From Macrostomum lignano (Eukaryota): a DNA stretch of 64,000 bases. Below are positions 1 to 41,045 of the stretch, piece by piece. The notes beneath the pieces were generated by a model. That model had not been told where the DNA came from. It saw only the letters and a program-made list of their open reading frames with translations, and searched no databases. The stretch is taken from the NCBI GenBank assembly GCA_002269645.1, contig NIVC01003158.1, positions 103,390-167,389 of the forward strand. The letters are read 5' to 3'. Every line of letters begins with the position of its first letter. The first letter of the stretch is position 1. The translations under genes and the position numbers were made by a program.

Positions 1-39
1 CCTCGCGGATCACATGTCAGACTTGTAGCACTGGTGTTG

Positions 40-1993
40 ATCAAGTATTGGTTTTGTCAGCCTAACTGAGAATAAAGCCATCCAAAGTGAGAATCCTGCC
101 TACGCTGACTGCGAAGGGCCTGGCTGCGTGCAGCCTTAGTCTATGGGCCATAGACTATAAAGGACAAGCAAAGTGATAAAAAGCCATCCAATGTGAGAAT
201 CGATTGGTCTATGCGTCGCATTCTTTTATTTTTATACCTTCTGAGCCATATGACTAGCCAATAGCTTGAACGGAATAACGGAAACAGGAACACACTGGAT
301 GATACAGTACAGTAAAGTAAAGAGTTAAAATAGCCGTCCCTCAATGCACTGGCCAAAGATTCGTCTGCAATGCAGGTCCCACGCGGCAGCCTTCCCAGCA
401 GTGACTGTGTCGTCAATCGCTTCGCGCGCCTCCCTCTCGAACAGCATGTTCCTGTTTCCGTTATTCCGTTCAAGCTATTGGCTAGTCATATGGCTCAGAA
501 GGTATAAAAATAAAAGAATACGACTAGGGGTGTTCGGGGTTCGGGGTCGGGTCGGGTTTCGGGTCGGGTTTTGGTACCGGGTTCGGGGTTCGGGGTAGGT
601 GTTCCGGGTCGGGTTCGGGGTTCGGGGTAGGGGTACCGGGTTCGGGGTTCGGGTCGGGTTTGGCCACCGGGTTTTCGGGGTTTAGAACAATTATCATTCT
701 CAAGAGTATTTTCAAGCACTTTTTACTCCTTATGCAAAATCCACAATGCGAAAGATATGCATTGAGTTTCAGGTACAACTTAAGTTATATTTTACATACA
801 ATTTGAAACGGAAATAGCAGATAGAACCATGGATTCATTTACACTTTCTGGTAAATAACGATTGTCGTTTTTCGACCCATTCAGTCTTGCAGTTGATGAT
901 TTAAAAAATTACGTTCAGTAATAATTTTACATGTGCTACGTGTAACATGGTCTGAACTTCTGGATTGGATGAGGAAGCTTAAAATTTATAAATACACTAT
1001 TATTCTCCACGCATCAGTCGCCAATAATCAATTATCACAATGATTACCTACTCATATCAGCATACAATTTTATGTAAAGACGTCACTTTAGTTTTTACAT
1101 AGCAATTCTGTTATACCACTACTGACTTACTGTTAACTGTAGTCAAAAGTAAAAAAATATATATATTTGTGATTAACTCTCCCGTTTCATTGTATCATTG
1201 TTTTATCTGTGCTATCTCTTTATCGCTCTAGTTCTATCTCTACTGATATCTACACTACAGGGTATAATCTAATTTTATTGTACTCTATTTTTGCAGCTTA
1301 AATAAACTCATAGATGTAATATTACTATGAAAGCAATTTCGTTGTAAGTATATAGGTACGAAATGGTCCTGATTTTAGTTGTGAACTTTCATGTATCTTA
1401 CTATTAGATCTTGGGTCTTGGTATTCCTTCCATCTCAATCCCAATCCCATTGCAAGAAGTGTTTCATATTTCTTTTCCTAGTTGTAGAGTAGCTAAGGGA
1501 AATAAAGCCACAAGGCTAAGTGGTTGAAGCTGTTAAGGCACATCTCAATGTATAAAACTGATTTTAAAACTGAAATTCAAAATTAAAAACTGAAAAATTG
1601 AAAACTGAAAACTGAATTTATTAAAATGATTGACCAAAATAAGCGTGAAAATGTTCGGGGTTACGTTCGGGGTCGGGTCGGGTTTTGGTACCGGGTTCGG
1701 GGTTCGGGGTTGGAAGAAATGTTCGGGACGGGGTTCGGGGTTCGGGGTAGGGGTACCGGGTTCGGGGTGAACCCCGAACCCCGAAAAAATGGCCGACCCG
1801 AACACCCCTAAATACGACGCATAGACCAATCGATTCTCACATTGGATGGCTTTTTATCACTTTGCTTGTCCTTTATAGTCTATGGCCCATAGACTAAGGC
1901 TGCACGCAGCCAGGCCCTTCGCAGTCAGCGTAGGCAGGATTCTCACTTTGGATGGCTTTATTCTCAGTTAGGCTGACAAAAGCAATAGTTGAT
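40..1993. mobile_element. Non-autonomous foldback/MITE element with ~250-bp terminal inverted repeats, interrupted by a hAT MITE
   Basis: 40-~292 is the reverse complement of ~444-524 joined to ~1819-1993 once the 525-1810 insert and one TSD copy are removed. No ORF. Outer TSD unresolved (only AT flanks both ends). Confidence 0.8.
525..1810. mobile_element. hAT-family non-autonomous element (MITE)
   Basis: Termini TAGGGGTGTTCGGG...CCCGAACACCCCTA. Exact 8-bp TSD AATACGAC at 517-524 and 1811-1818. Subterminal GGGTTCGG motif arrays at both ends around an AT-rich non-coding core. Confidence 0.9.
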
Positions 1994-2964
1994 ACTTCGC
2001 AAGTTTTCATATCCCATTCTCAGGGGTTTAACTGTTTCTCAGTCAATCAGAAATTAGCATTTTGTCTATGGCCTAATCTGATGGAAGCCGTAGCCTAGTG
2101 CTCTAGCGAGGCGCTCTTATGTGCCAGCGGCCCAGGCTCGATTCCAAGTGCAGTCGCATTAATTTGGGGCTAAATTGGAATCTCGGCTTGGCTCTGCTCG
2201 TGCAATCAACACCCTTCAGGGCCAACCACCAAGGCACAGTGAAGTGCGCATGTCTAGCGATAAATAAAGTCTGTGCCCAACTTGTCTCTATGCTGTAGGC
2301 TCTCAATTTAAAAGAGGTGCGTTTTCCAGCTGAGCATGACAACAGTAATTTTATTAAAACTGCAATCACTGAGACCATTGAACAGTGCTGCAGGGGTTAC
2401 AATATAATAACAATACATATAGACGCAATTTGGGCTAAAAACATTGGAGGAGAAGCAAAGCCTAAGCGAGAAACTGTGTGGTATATTTGTTAGCCAAATT
2501 GTACAGCAGTCAGAGCGAACTGAATAGAACAGCATATATTCATATGCAATTATTTGTCTCAGTAAGAGATTCAACAGCAGCTGAGGGGCTGTGGCAAGCG
2601 GTGGAGTTGGCCTGCAGGCAGCGGTTGGCGAGCACCGCACACTCCTGATAGGCCCGTGTAGACAAAAGTGCAGGTAAAAATCCAGCTAAAATTGGTAGCT
2701 ATATAAAAGTGCACTGGCTGCTACTCACAGTTCAGTAGCCAGCAAAGCGCACGGCATGCAGCTGCACTGCTTAGCAAGTACAAAAACTGATAGGGCGCTA
2801 CATTTAAGGGCTTTGAAGGTTTAACACAGAGAAGCGAATGGAGTTGGTTGGGCGCGGTTTGGGCTTTTAGCCTGCACAAACAATTGAAATTCAATAAAGC
2901 TAGCATATAATTTAAAGCTGCACTTTTCCTTACGAGCACATATGCATAAAGTTCAGTTTTTGTG

Positions 2965-3350
2965 TGGAGTGAGGTGGCTGGCGAGTCTCTGACCCCGGAA
3001 AGGGGTGGGTGGCGATTCTCTGTCCCCGGAGTGAGGTGGGTGGCGATTCTCTGTCCCTGGAGTGAGGTGGGTGGCGATTCTCTGTCCCCGGAGTGAGGTG
3101 GGTGGCGATTCTTCTGTCCCTGGAGTGGGGTGGGTGACGATCCTCTGTCCCGGGAGTGGGGTGGGTAGCGATTCTCTGTCCCGGGAGTGGGGTGGGTGAC
3201 GATTCTCTGTCCCCGGAGTGGGGTGGGTGACGATTCTCTGTCCCCGGAGTGGGGTGGGTGACGATCCTCTGTCCCGGGAGTGGGGTGGGTGACGATCCTC
3301 TGTCCCGGGAGTGGGGTGGGTGGTGATTCTCTGTCGACGGAGTGGGTTTG
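2965..3350. repeat. 31-nt minisatellite downstream of ARF6
   Basis: About 12-13 copies of GAGTG(A/G)GGTGGGTG(G/A)CGATTCTCTGTCCCCG. Confidence 0.95.
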
Positions 3351-4073
3351 GAACAATAAAAGTATGAACCGATTAAAGGGGGCACGGGACACTGAATTGA
3401 ATAAAATTTATAAAATATATTCTGGTTAATAGTGACTGAGAGCAGAAAAATAAAGTAGCAATTACAAACAATTAAAGCTAAGCCTATAATTCGAGATTAA
3501 CAAGTGAAACATCATATGCAATTTGAACTAAACGATTTGATCACAAACAATGCGAGCATATAAAAACTTAGCGATGACAGAGGCGTTACTGAACTAAAAA
3601 CAATCTCTCTGCCAACCAGCCTGAGTATGCATAAAAAATAAAACTTAGCTATCACAAAACAAAGGACATTTTAGGGCATTCATAAGTCCCAAAAGCATGA
3701 AAAGTGCAAATATACAATAAAGTGGCCCAGAAAGTGCAGGTCGCGCAATCAATCAATAAATACTTGTATAAAAGAGCGCACTGCAAAAAACTAGTAAAGT
3801 GCATAAAGTACTTTGTAAAAAGGGCAATAAAACACAGAGCACAGACCCCGCATTCGCAGTTAATAGACAGAAAATCCATCAGGTGGCTGGAGCATCTGAC
3901 TCAGACTAGACAAATGAGGATTAAGCCAAAGTGAGTGAAGAGTTCAAACACAGGTAAACCAGCTAGGGAAGTCAATTAGCATAGGGGGTGCACGGCAACA
4001 AATAAAGTTAATACAAACTGTATTAAATAACAGCACATCCACAAACAAGTGACTGGTTCCAACAGCTCAGGAT

Positions 4074-19895
<15,822 letters not shown>

Positions 19896-22223
19896 TTATA
19901 ATTATGTAGGATCTCTGTTGAGCTGGCAGCCTCATGAATTCAGTTAAATTACTTTCATATGTCTAACTTGTATCTAACACATTTTAAACTCAATAGTCCA
20001 AATTTTAGAGATAGAAATTTCTACGAGTATTTCAAGACCAAAGCCAATCTTAAAACAATAGGTATTGCTTAGAAAAAGTACATTTTGCTATCTTAAACAA
20101 TAGTTTAACATAATAATTATAGTAGGCCCCTATATCTTCTATTAGGCTTAAAAATAAAAACAATAGTAGGCTTAACTTGAATCTTAGTACGCTTGTAATA
20201 TTTTAGGTATAATTTTGACATATTTTATGCTTAAAAACAGTAGAATATAGATGGGACCACAGTATTCTGTGGATGGGACATTGACTATAGTTAAAGAGAT
20301 TCTGGCACTGGCACAAAACATTTTTAAATCAGGATTAGAACTCAATTCAGTCAATCAGTTTTTTTTTCTAATATTTTTATGTCTTTTAAGTAAAAAATAT
20401 GCTTGACTTTGGCTTAGCAAAAATGCATAAGTATTAAATTAAAATCTCGGCAATCCTACACTTCCGTTCAGTAAATTATTTTGACATTTGAATTCGTATT
20501 ATTGTGCCTACTATCATCAGAAAATTTCTAATCAAAAATTGAAATTTTGAAGAAAATTGGTTGAGCAACTTTCCTATAATCAATCGCATACCTAGATAGT
20601 TACTTCAGTTGAAACCTCTTAATATTCAAGTAGGCCTATATGCCTACATTTAACTTTTTTGCAAAGCTAAGCTAGGCCAAAAAATATGATATGGTGACCT
20701 TTCGAAGAAAAGTGAATATACACTTAAGGAATCTATTGTCTTTGTGGACTACAAGCCTTGTTAAGATAGTTATTATTGCTTCTTTTTAAAGCACATTTAT
20801 GCCCACACTAAAATAATAAAAAATATGTTTTGTACCACTAACAAATTGTTTTTTTAACTGCTGCCGATAACTAAAAATGTACTTTTTTAAACTGACCCCA
20901 GCGCGGTTCGAAATATCCGGTTGAGCCATGGTCGGGCCCACGGGATCGACCCAAATTAAGCCTAATATTGGTAATATTCCACCCACGGACTAATTAGGTA
21001 AATAAGTTGATAAAAGTACTCATTAGTCCGTGATCCTCTACCTTATAAAATACGGAAATCATAATTAAAACTGTGCTATTTCTTGTATTTGTCACTCCAT
21101 AAAATTGCAGCTATTGCATAGAATTATTTTGTTTCCGCGAGAAAAAATTGACGGAAACAAATGTGAAATTCCACTAAAACGAATAAGGTGCGGTACCTTC
21201 TACATGCATGTTTATACAAAATGAAATGAACAGCTGAATATTAATACACACCCGTAACTTCTGTACATGTACATGTACCATGGACAACTAGAGTAGAAGG
21301 ACGTTACACTCGGCTTTCGTGGAAATCGGGCTGGAGGCCAAATTTTTGCGTAAATACACTAGCGAGATGGAGGAATATAAAATTTTTCATGCGAGATAGG
21401 CAGCTAAATTTGAGTCGAAGAAGCTGTGACGTTCTTATTTTGATATAAGTTGAAAGCATTATTGCTTTGTTGAATTTTATAAGGCTTTCAACGCGAAAGT
21501 GTAGCATTCTACTTTTTTCATTTACATTATAATTATAATTATAAGGCATACTCTACTCTAGTAGTCATGTGGCCTATCTAGTAGTACAGTATTCCCTACT
21601 ATTATTAATATTAGGCTATGCATGTCTACTGTATTCAGTAATGGACAATGACCAAGCCAGTCTATACATCCAGCCTGTGTACTATCTGTAGTAGATCTCA
21701 AATCTCATGCCTATGATCAATATACTTAGTATATTATAGGGTAGCTTTAGTTTTTGTTTACTTTGATTTGAAATGGTTGTTTTGTAACAGAAAACTGTTA
21801 TTGATTTGTGTCTATGCCATCTGTAGACTCGAACTCAGATGTCAGACATCCCAAACACAATCATTACCTCAAAGTTTGATTTACTTAGAATTATTACTGA
21901 TTTATGATAATATCATATTTATATGATACTATTTAAAGTCTTAATGGCTAATTGTCATTGATTGTTTTGCTCTTTAATACTTAAAAATTGTATAATCTGC
22001 CTACTGTATGTCATTTTTTGTTTTTGTCTTAGGTATGTATATGTTTATGTATATATTTATTAGTATATTTCTTTTTTGTCAATTTGAATATAAAGAAATT
22101 ACAACATATTAATTATGCTTAGTATCCTATTCATTTTGTCTTTCTGAAAGAAACTGAGTAATAAAAAATAATAATAAAATGTTATTCCTTTGCTTTATTA
22201 TTGTCAATGTCTGTCGTTAATTA

Positions 22224-23332
22224 ATGTCAAGAAAATGTTGCCTTCGACAATTTTGTCCAAACTATAAGTCTGGAAACAAGGTTCCAGTATATCGCTTTCC
22301 TTCTGACACTAAAGAATTCAATCATTGGCATCAAGCATTGCCTAGTACAATAAAGGTGAGAGCTGGAATTCAAAGCATTTCTCAATATTTTTCTATATTA
22401 GTAGTACACCATAGTATCTCTAATACACCATAGTATCTCTTTTCAGACTATCACTAAGCATGTGGGCATTTGGTCAAAGCATTGGCCAGATGGTGCACCA
22501 CTTATTAAAGTAAACAATTGTTTCCAACCAGTTGACCCACCATCGATTTTTTTGTGTCCACCAAGTTCCCTTTGGCAGACATTGAAAGGTACGACAGCGA
22601 ATGATCAGCTATCTATTATGTTTGCGGATATGTAGCGCACAAGGTGGACGTCGCAGCAAACCAAGAGCCTCTTCACGGCAATCGGTTCTAGAACCAGAAT
22701 AAATTCGAGTTCTAGAACCAGAACCAGTGTGAAATGAAGAGCTTCGAACCCATTCTATGTTTGACAGTCTTTACAATTTAATTTTGTCGTTCTTTGACTT
22801 TGTTTCCTCTTGGATATGACAAAAAACGGAATAATTATTTAACAATAATAAAAAATTGACGATTTCAAATATATTTTACTGTTAAAGTGTAAACATGACA
22901 TGACAACAAAGCATATTCCAGAACCAGAACCATGTTCCGGAACTGATTCTGTTTTTCGAACCATCGATATGAAGAGCGTCAAACCGGTTCGGAACCGGTT
23001 CCGTTTTTCGAACCGGCGATATGAAGAGGCTCCAAGACGAATCAGATATCCATCCAGTTTATGTGTCAGCCGAGTGTGAGTTCACCTCTTTGCTATCGCG
23101 GGGCAAGTTGCGTCATCCCCCAGAGTGGTTAGTCGTTTTTGCTGTACTATGCTATCATCTGTTCTCTACAGTGCGTTTACAGCGTTCAATTCGGTTGACC
23201 AAATTGTTCGACAAAGCATTTATAGCTTTTGTTGACGTTGAGGTTCCTAGCGACGTTGTACATACGACGAAAGAACATCGTAGAATATCTTGGCGTTTGG
23301 CGAACGTCCTTCTAAAGGGACTGATTCGGTGA
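22224..23332 (+). pseudogene. THAP/P-type transposase remnant
   Basis: Exon 22224-22355 (MSRKCCLRQFCPNYK...YRFPSD...W), 91-nt GT-AG intron, then exon from 22447 (GIWSKHWP...PVDPPSIF): a THAP C2CH finger with the third Cys read as Trp. It runs directly into C-terminal motifs SAIYYVCGYVAHK and SRGKLRHPPEWL...RLANVLLKG; the catalytic core is missing. Confidence 0.8.
22665..23032. mobile_element. 368-bp MITE inserted in the transposase remnant
   Basis: TIR GAGCCTCTTCA...TGAAGAGGCTC with 3-bp TSD CAA. Removing it restores the frame AAC CAA GAC GAA (VAAN-Q-DESDI). Confidence 0.85.
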
Positions 23333-25538
23333 GAGGCGTCGATTTGTCGTGGCGCACTGAATTCGAGAAGTAGACAACAAGTAGACGAGAAGTAGAGAGT
23401 ATTGTTCTAATTTGCTGCTGTTTGTCGGTGTTCAAAATTACAGTTCGTTACCGGTAATTATCATTATTTGCTTATCATTATTATTCTTAGTATTATAATT
23501 GCACCAGATTTAATATGCTCATACGTTCAGTAAATGAATAATGCCTCCCCCAGTCCCTACCGTCCTTACGTGGTATAGTAGCTATCCGGAGCCCTACTGT
23601 ACCCTCAGTATCCACAATTATCCCCACTGCGTCACAAAAGTTTCCTAGCATCGCAAAAGAAAGTGTCCCACCTGTTCCCATTAGGTGCCACCTACAGTTT
23701 TTATTTACTGGTTTTTCCCAGGTTTACATCAAATATTACCTTATCATTTACAACATTTATAAATCATTCATCTTTATTGCCTTATTGCTTTATTATTATA
23801 GTATTGTTTGTTTCGTTGTTGATAAAGTTCTACTACAATTCATGTACAGTAACGTTATATTTATCTCAATTGCTTCCAACTCTGATATATCCGAAAACTT
23901 TCGGCTTTAAATCTATATAAAAGCCTATATAGTATACACATTCGCACTTGTTTTCATACGGCTTTTATAAGCTGATTATGCATCAGATATTTCACTGATG
24001 GCACAAAATAAAATAATCTACTAGAAGGGGGCTGTGGCTTGTATGCCCGAATGGGTCTGCTTTGACTTTCAACTGCGTTATTTTCTGACTGATTAGTTTT
24101 CTGTACATGCTCAGTGCCGATTAATAGCAAAGCGGAGAATTAATCGTTTTTACTCGAGACAACAAATTTCTGAGCAACCTAGTGAAATAATTTTTAGTTT
24201 TCATGCAGCGAATCAAGAGATATTGATTTTTGAATTTTGGCCTCCATTCGCGAGTGTAGCGTCCTTCTACTCTAGTTGTCCGTGACATGTACATGTGCAT
24301 GTACCAATGTTTGCGTGATCAATAGATATCCGGCCTGGTATTTGTGCCTTGACGTAATGTGGCATAGATGTACGCGGGAGCTTATTAGAGGTGCTGCAAC
24401 CCTTAGGGGAGCCAATATGTCTTGGTGGACGTTCCTGGCTCTTAGTGGGCGCCACTACCCCCGTCTCTTATGCCGGGTAGGATGCCAATTCCCAGAAACG
24501 GCAAAATTGAGCTTCTGTCTTTCGTCGAGCTTGGTTATCATCTCTTTCATTTAGCTTTTTGTTGAACGCAATATTTGTGGGGGCTATAGGGAGGGCCCAC
24601 TGCCCCGATTGCTACGGTCTCAGATTAAATTGTACTTTAGTTTGCTGTGCATGTACGTGACGTATCTTATTTCCAGTGGACTATATTAATACAGCCTAAA
24701 TTAAAGCGTCCGTCTGCTGGCGTGCAATAAATGCTATTTCAATATAATAAAGTACCAGAAATAAAAAGCTAACATAATCAATTTCACTACACATGCGTTC
24801 AGCGGCAGATCATTAAAGATCATCTACATAATATCTGCTCTGGTACAAGTACGCTCGTACATGTATGTAGGATTTATTATGCATGCTGACGCGTCTGCAA
24901 AATTTTACAATATTGTTCAGGATGTATCTGCAAATCTCTTTCCAGCCGCATAAATATGGTAGACGCAGCTTCTATGCGCAGAAAGCATTCTCGAATTCCC
25001 TTATCTGGTGGAATCCACGCCGCTTCTGGCTACCGCCGCACGGCAGTCGGCTGCGCAAGGCTGCTGGGCGATTAATGTATTAGGCAAATAGAAGAATAAC
25101 AGAAACTGCAGTTGCAGCACGAGTGCTGCGAATGGCGATAGAGGGCAGCCCCCGCACCCGAAGCTCGTCAACGCTACGAGATCGGGCCACGGCAACAAGT
25201 CAAGTACAAAGCAAGCATGCATGGCAAACAGTTGCTGCTAGAAGAAGCAGGGCAAAATAGCCGCCAATTATACGGCTGCTTCCGTTTGGTCCGCGGACCG
25301 TCAGCGAATGAGAGAGCGCCATGCATAGCGGAGTGCATGTAATGAGTAAATCCAAAAAAATCCCCACGCATATCCTTTCAGGGCCGATTAAGCTTTTTAC
25401 TGCTCACACAATTCTCCCCGAGCCCTAGCAGCAAATGTCAAGGTGCTGAAGAAGCCACGTGTAAATTCAGCAAGTTGAACACTTTTCTAAAAAGCTTTCT
25501 TCACAAGGTATTTCAATTTCTATTTAAACTGTTTCACA

Positions 25539-26135
25539 GATGCCTATACTGTGTCAGATAAGCCTATACTGTGTCAGATATGCCTATACTGTGTCAGATA
25601 TGCCTATACTGTGTCAGATATGCCTATACTGTGTCAGATTTGCCTATACTGTGTCAGATATGCCTATACTGTGTCAGATATGCCTTTACTGTGTCAGATT
25701 TGCCTATACTGTGTCAGATATGCCTATACTGTGTCAGATATGCCTTTACTGTGTCAGATATGCCTATACTGTGTCAGATATGCCTTTACTGTGTCAGATA
25801 TGCCTATACTGTGTCAGATATGCCTATACTGTGTCAGATATGCCTATACTGTGTCAGATATGCCTATACTGTGTCAGATATGCCTATACTGTGTCAGATA
25901 TGCCTATACTGTGTCAGATATGCCTATACTGTGTCAGATATGCCTATACTGTGTCAGATATGCCTATACTGTGTCAGATATGCCTATACTGTGTCAGATA
26001 TGCCTATACTGTGTCAGAGATGTGAGGTGTCAAGAGTTCCTATGTGAGGTGTCAGGAACGCCGAGGTGAAGTGTCAGGAGTGCCGGTGTGAGGTGTCAGG
26101 AGTGCCAATGTGAGGTGTCAGGAGTGCCGGTGTGA
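25539..26135. repeat. 20-nt minisatellite followed by a short ~21-nt array, upstream of the Ly6-like gene
   Basis: About 24 copies of GATATGCCTATACTGTGTCA, then about 5 copies of GTGTGAGGTGTCAGGAGTGCC. Confidence 0.95.
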
Positions 26136-26668
26136 GCGGCATGGATATATACTCGTAGAATTATCGCTGGTCAGAGCTAGGTGCCCCAGCAATCAGTGCA
26201 CGAGCGCCCTACAATCCCAAATGCTCCAAGTGTACACCAGAAGAAAGCGCTGAGCATTTTATTTAAATTTTCGCTCTGATACCGGAGTGCCTGCTCTGCT
26301 CAGAGAAGGCAGCTCAGGTCGAGCACATAATAAGCGCGCACTTGCCGGGCCAGAAACTCCAGACGCAATTGTGGCCCGGTCAGCTGAGCAAGTCAGGGGC
26401 AGAGAGAAGGCGACCTCGTCTCCACCCGCTTGAAGTGCTCAAGAAACTCAAACTTGGCCTAGCTATCTAACCTCTGTCTGCCCGTCTCCACCCGCCCCAG
26501 CCCTGCAGTTTGGCATCTGACTGCCCTAATGCGTGCCTCTCAGGTCTTTTGACTGTCGCGAGCTGGCGGCTATTCAGTGAGCCTGTCCCATTCAAGCCTG
26601 TGGCCAAGCGCAGACCCATGCAGATCAAAGCTTGAGCATTTTTGATTTCCCTTGCCAGGCCGGTCACG

Positions 26669-38259
<11,591 letters not shown>

Positions 38260-38829
38260 CAACCAATATGCTAGTATTTACACCATATGCATGTAAATGC
38301 ACGCAGCCGATAAAGTAGTCTTTACTGCATCTCTAATCAGCTTATTTAACAATGAATTTGACTCAATAAAAGGCAGATTCTTTTGTACTAGTTGCATACT
38401 ACTTATCAAACAATGACGTCATAAGTAGCGTAATGCGTACATGTAAATCAGAAAGGTGAAGATATTTTATTAATTAACGAAATGCTAAAACTAAACAATC
38501 AAAGAAAATTGATGCCTGAAGGCAGAAGCAATCGGCATGGATAGCAATCAATGAAATGATGGCAATAGAATCTGCGAGCGAAATCAATTAACAAGCAGAA
38601 TAAACTACAGATGCCAAGGATAATTCAGAATAAGTATTGAAACCAAGTCGATCTCCAGCTAGGAGCTGGGTTTTCAGTCTCCTCAAATGCACCGAAGCAA
38701 TGTTATCAAAGTGCGCCAACTGCAAGTGCTGTGGGTTCCAAGCCATAACTATAAATTAGCTCAGCTGTGCGACTGCGTTACAAAAACAGATCTCACCGAT
38801 AGGCAACCATTGGTGTGAATGGGTATCTG

Positions 38830-39360
38830 GGAGGTTAGAGCCCAGCAACTGAGGATCTGAGAGGTTAGGGCTCAGCAACTGAGGATCTGAGAGGTTAGGG
38901 CCCAGCAACTGAGGATCTGAGAGGTTAGGGCCCAGCAACTGAGGGTCTGAGAGGTTAGAGCCCAGCAACTGAGGATCTGAGAGGTTAGAGCCCAGCAACT
39001 GAGGATCTGATAGGTTAAGGCCCAGCAACTGAGGATCTGGGAGGCTTGAAACCAGCAACTGAGGATCTGGGAGGCTGGCCCAGCACTTGAGGATCTGGGA
39101 GGCTGGCCCAGCAACTGAGGATTTGGGAGGCTGGCCCAGCAACTGAGAATCTGAGAGGTTAGGGCCCAGCAACTGAGGATCTGGGAGATTGAAGCCCAGC
39201 AACTGACACTCTGGGAGGCTGGCCCAGCAACTGACACTCTGGGAGGCTGACCCAGCAACTGAGGCTTTGGGAGGCTGGCCCAGCAACAGGATCTGGGAGG
39301 CTGGTCCAGACATACTGAAGATCTGTGGTTCAGAATCTGGGTTGCCCAGCACTTGAGGAT
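38830..39360. repeat. ~29-nt minisatellite just downstream of the NUBP2 stop
   Basis: Copies of CCCAGCAACTGAGGATCTG(A/G)GAGG(TTAG/CTG)G. Confidence 0.9.
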
Positions 39361-39391
39361 CTGTCTACAGTCGCACAGAGTCGCAGATTAG

Positions 39392-40336
39392 CTAGGCCTG
39401 GTCCCTACCAGCAGCCGCCTCCCCATCCAGCTGCTCCCTCAGTCTGGTTGCCACCTCCTGCGCCAGTAGCTGAGCTGGCGACGACAGCGCCTTGGCGCCG
39501 GCCGCCTGGCCTTCGTCCAGACAGGCCGCCAGGCTGGGGTCGATCGGCAGGCAGCCGAGGAAGGGCAGCGCCTTGGCCCTGGCGAGCTCGCGGCCGCCGC
39601 CGCTGGAGAACGGGTTGCTGCAGCCGGCGCAGTGCGGGCAGGCGAAGCCGCTCATGTTCTCCACGATGCCCAGCACGGCGAGGCCCGTCTTGGCGCAGAA
39701 GTCCAGCTCGCGGCGGACGTCGCCGACGGCCACGATTTGCGGCGTCGTGACGGCCACCGCGCCGCGCCTGCGGCAGGCCGAGCCGACTGGTAGCGCCTCC
39801 AGCACTGCCAGGTGCTCGTCCGTGGTTCCCGGAGGTGTGTCCACCTGGGATGGGCCGGGGAAAGGGTGGAGGCTGACACTGCCGACTGAGGATGCCGCTG
39901 GGCCCTAACCCCACACTACTGCAGTGCTGCCACTTACCACCAGGTAGTCCAGCCGCTGCCAGTGCACATCCCGCACAAACTGGCCCACCATGCTGGTCTT
40001 CTTCGGGCCCCGCCAAATCACTGGATCGTCTCGACCTTCCAACAGGAAGCCGATCGACATGACTAGGAGTTCGGCGCCGTCTGAGGAAGCTCCGGGCAGC
40101 CTCAGGTGCACCGGCACCCAGCCCTCCGGGCACTGGTGAACCCGCTGGCCCTCCAGACCCAGCATTCGCGGCACACTGGGCCCGCACAGGTCGATGTCCA
40201 GCAGGCCGACCCTGTGGCCCGCCTGTGCCAGGGCCAGCGCCAGCTGCACGCTGACTGTCGACTTTCCGACGCCGCCTTTGCCGGACAGGACCAGCAGAGC
40301 CGTGTCGATCCGGGGACTGCCGCTGCCTTCGGACAT
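39392..40336 (-). CDS. NUBP2: Cytosolic Fe-S cluster assembly factor NUBP2/Cfd1, 2 exons, ~283 aa
   Basis: Exons 40336-39938 and 39844-39392 with a 93-nt intron. [49 protein letters not shown] motifs. Lacks the N-terminal Cys cluster of NUBP1. Confidence 0.92.
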
Positions 40337-40389
40337 CAGCAATTGCAGCGAGGTTGGCTGTCTGTCTAGCCAAATATGAGGCACTTACA

Positions 40390-41045
40390 TAGCCTGAGAT
40401 GGTGTTAACCAAGCCTGAGATAAAGTGTTTACCAAGCCCGAGAATGTGTTTACCAAGCCTGAGATGAAGTGCTTACCTAGCTTCAGATAGTGTTTACCAA
40501 GCCTGAGATTGAGTGTTTACCTAGCCTGAGAAAGTGTTTACCTAGCATAAGATAGTGTTTACCTAGCCTAAGATAGTGTTTACCTAGCCTGAGATAGTGT
40601 TTACCAAATCTGAGAAAGCGTTTACCGAGCTTCAGATTGTGTTTACCTAGCCTAAAACAGTGTTTAACTAGCCTAAGATAGTGTTTACCTAGCCTAAGAT
40701 AGTGTTTACCTAGCCTGAGATAGTGTTTACCTAGCCTAAGATAGTGTTTACCTAGCCTAAGATAGTGTTTACCTAGCCTAATATAGTGTTTACCTAGCCT
40801 GAGATAGTGTTTAAATCTGAGAAAGTGTTTACCTAGCTTCAGATTGTGTTTACCAAGCCTGAGATGAAGTGTTTACCTAGCTTCAAATAGTGTTTACCCA
40901 GCCTAAGATAGTGTTTACCAAGCCTGAGATAGTGTTTAGTTGAGCCTAAGATAGAGCGTTTAGTTAAGACTAAGATAAAGTGTTTACCTAGCCTGAGACA
41001 GAATGTTTACCTGAGACTTGAGAGGGAGTGTTTAGCTAGCCTCAG
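40390..41045. repeat. ~20-21-nt minisatellite in the RBM7-NUBP2 spacer
   Basis: Copies of GATAGTGTTTACC(T/A)AGCCT(A/G)A. Confidence 0.9.

Larger units (their letters stand above)
21279..24284 (+). mobile_element. P-element-superfamily (THAP) DNA transposon, internally deleted, 3006 bp
   Basis: TIR CA(T/C)GGACAACTAGAGTAGAAGGACG(T/C)TACACTCG at both ends. Exact 8-bp TSD ACATGTAC at 21271-21278 and 24285-24292. Transposase remnants inside. Confidence 0.9.

Noticed and set aside
20983-21031. 11-bp inverted repeat CACGGACTAAT/ATTAGTCCGTG upstream of ARF6
   Set aside because: A single short hairpin with no supporting RNA-gene or element features.
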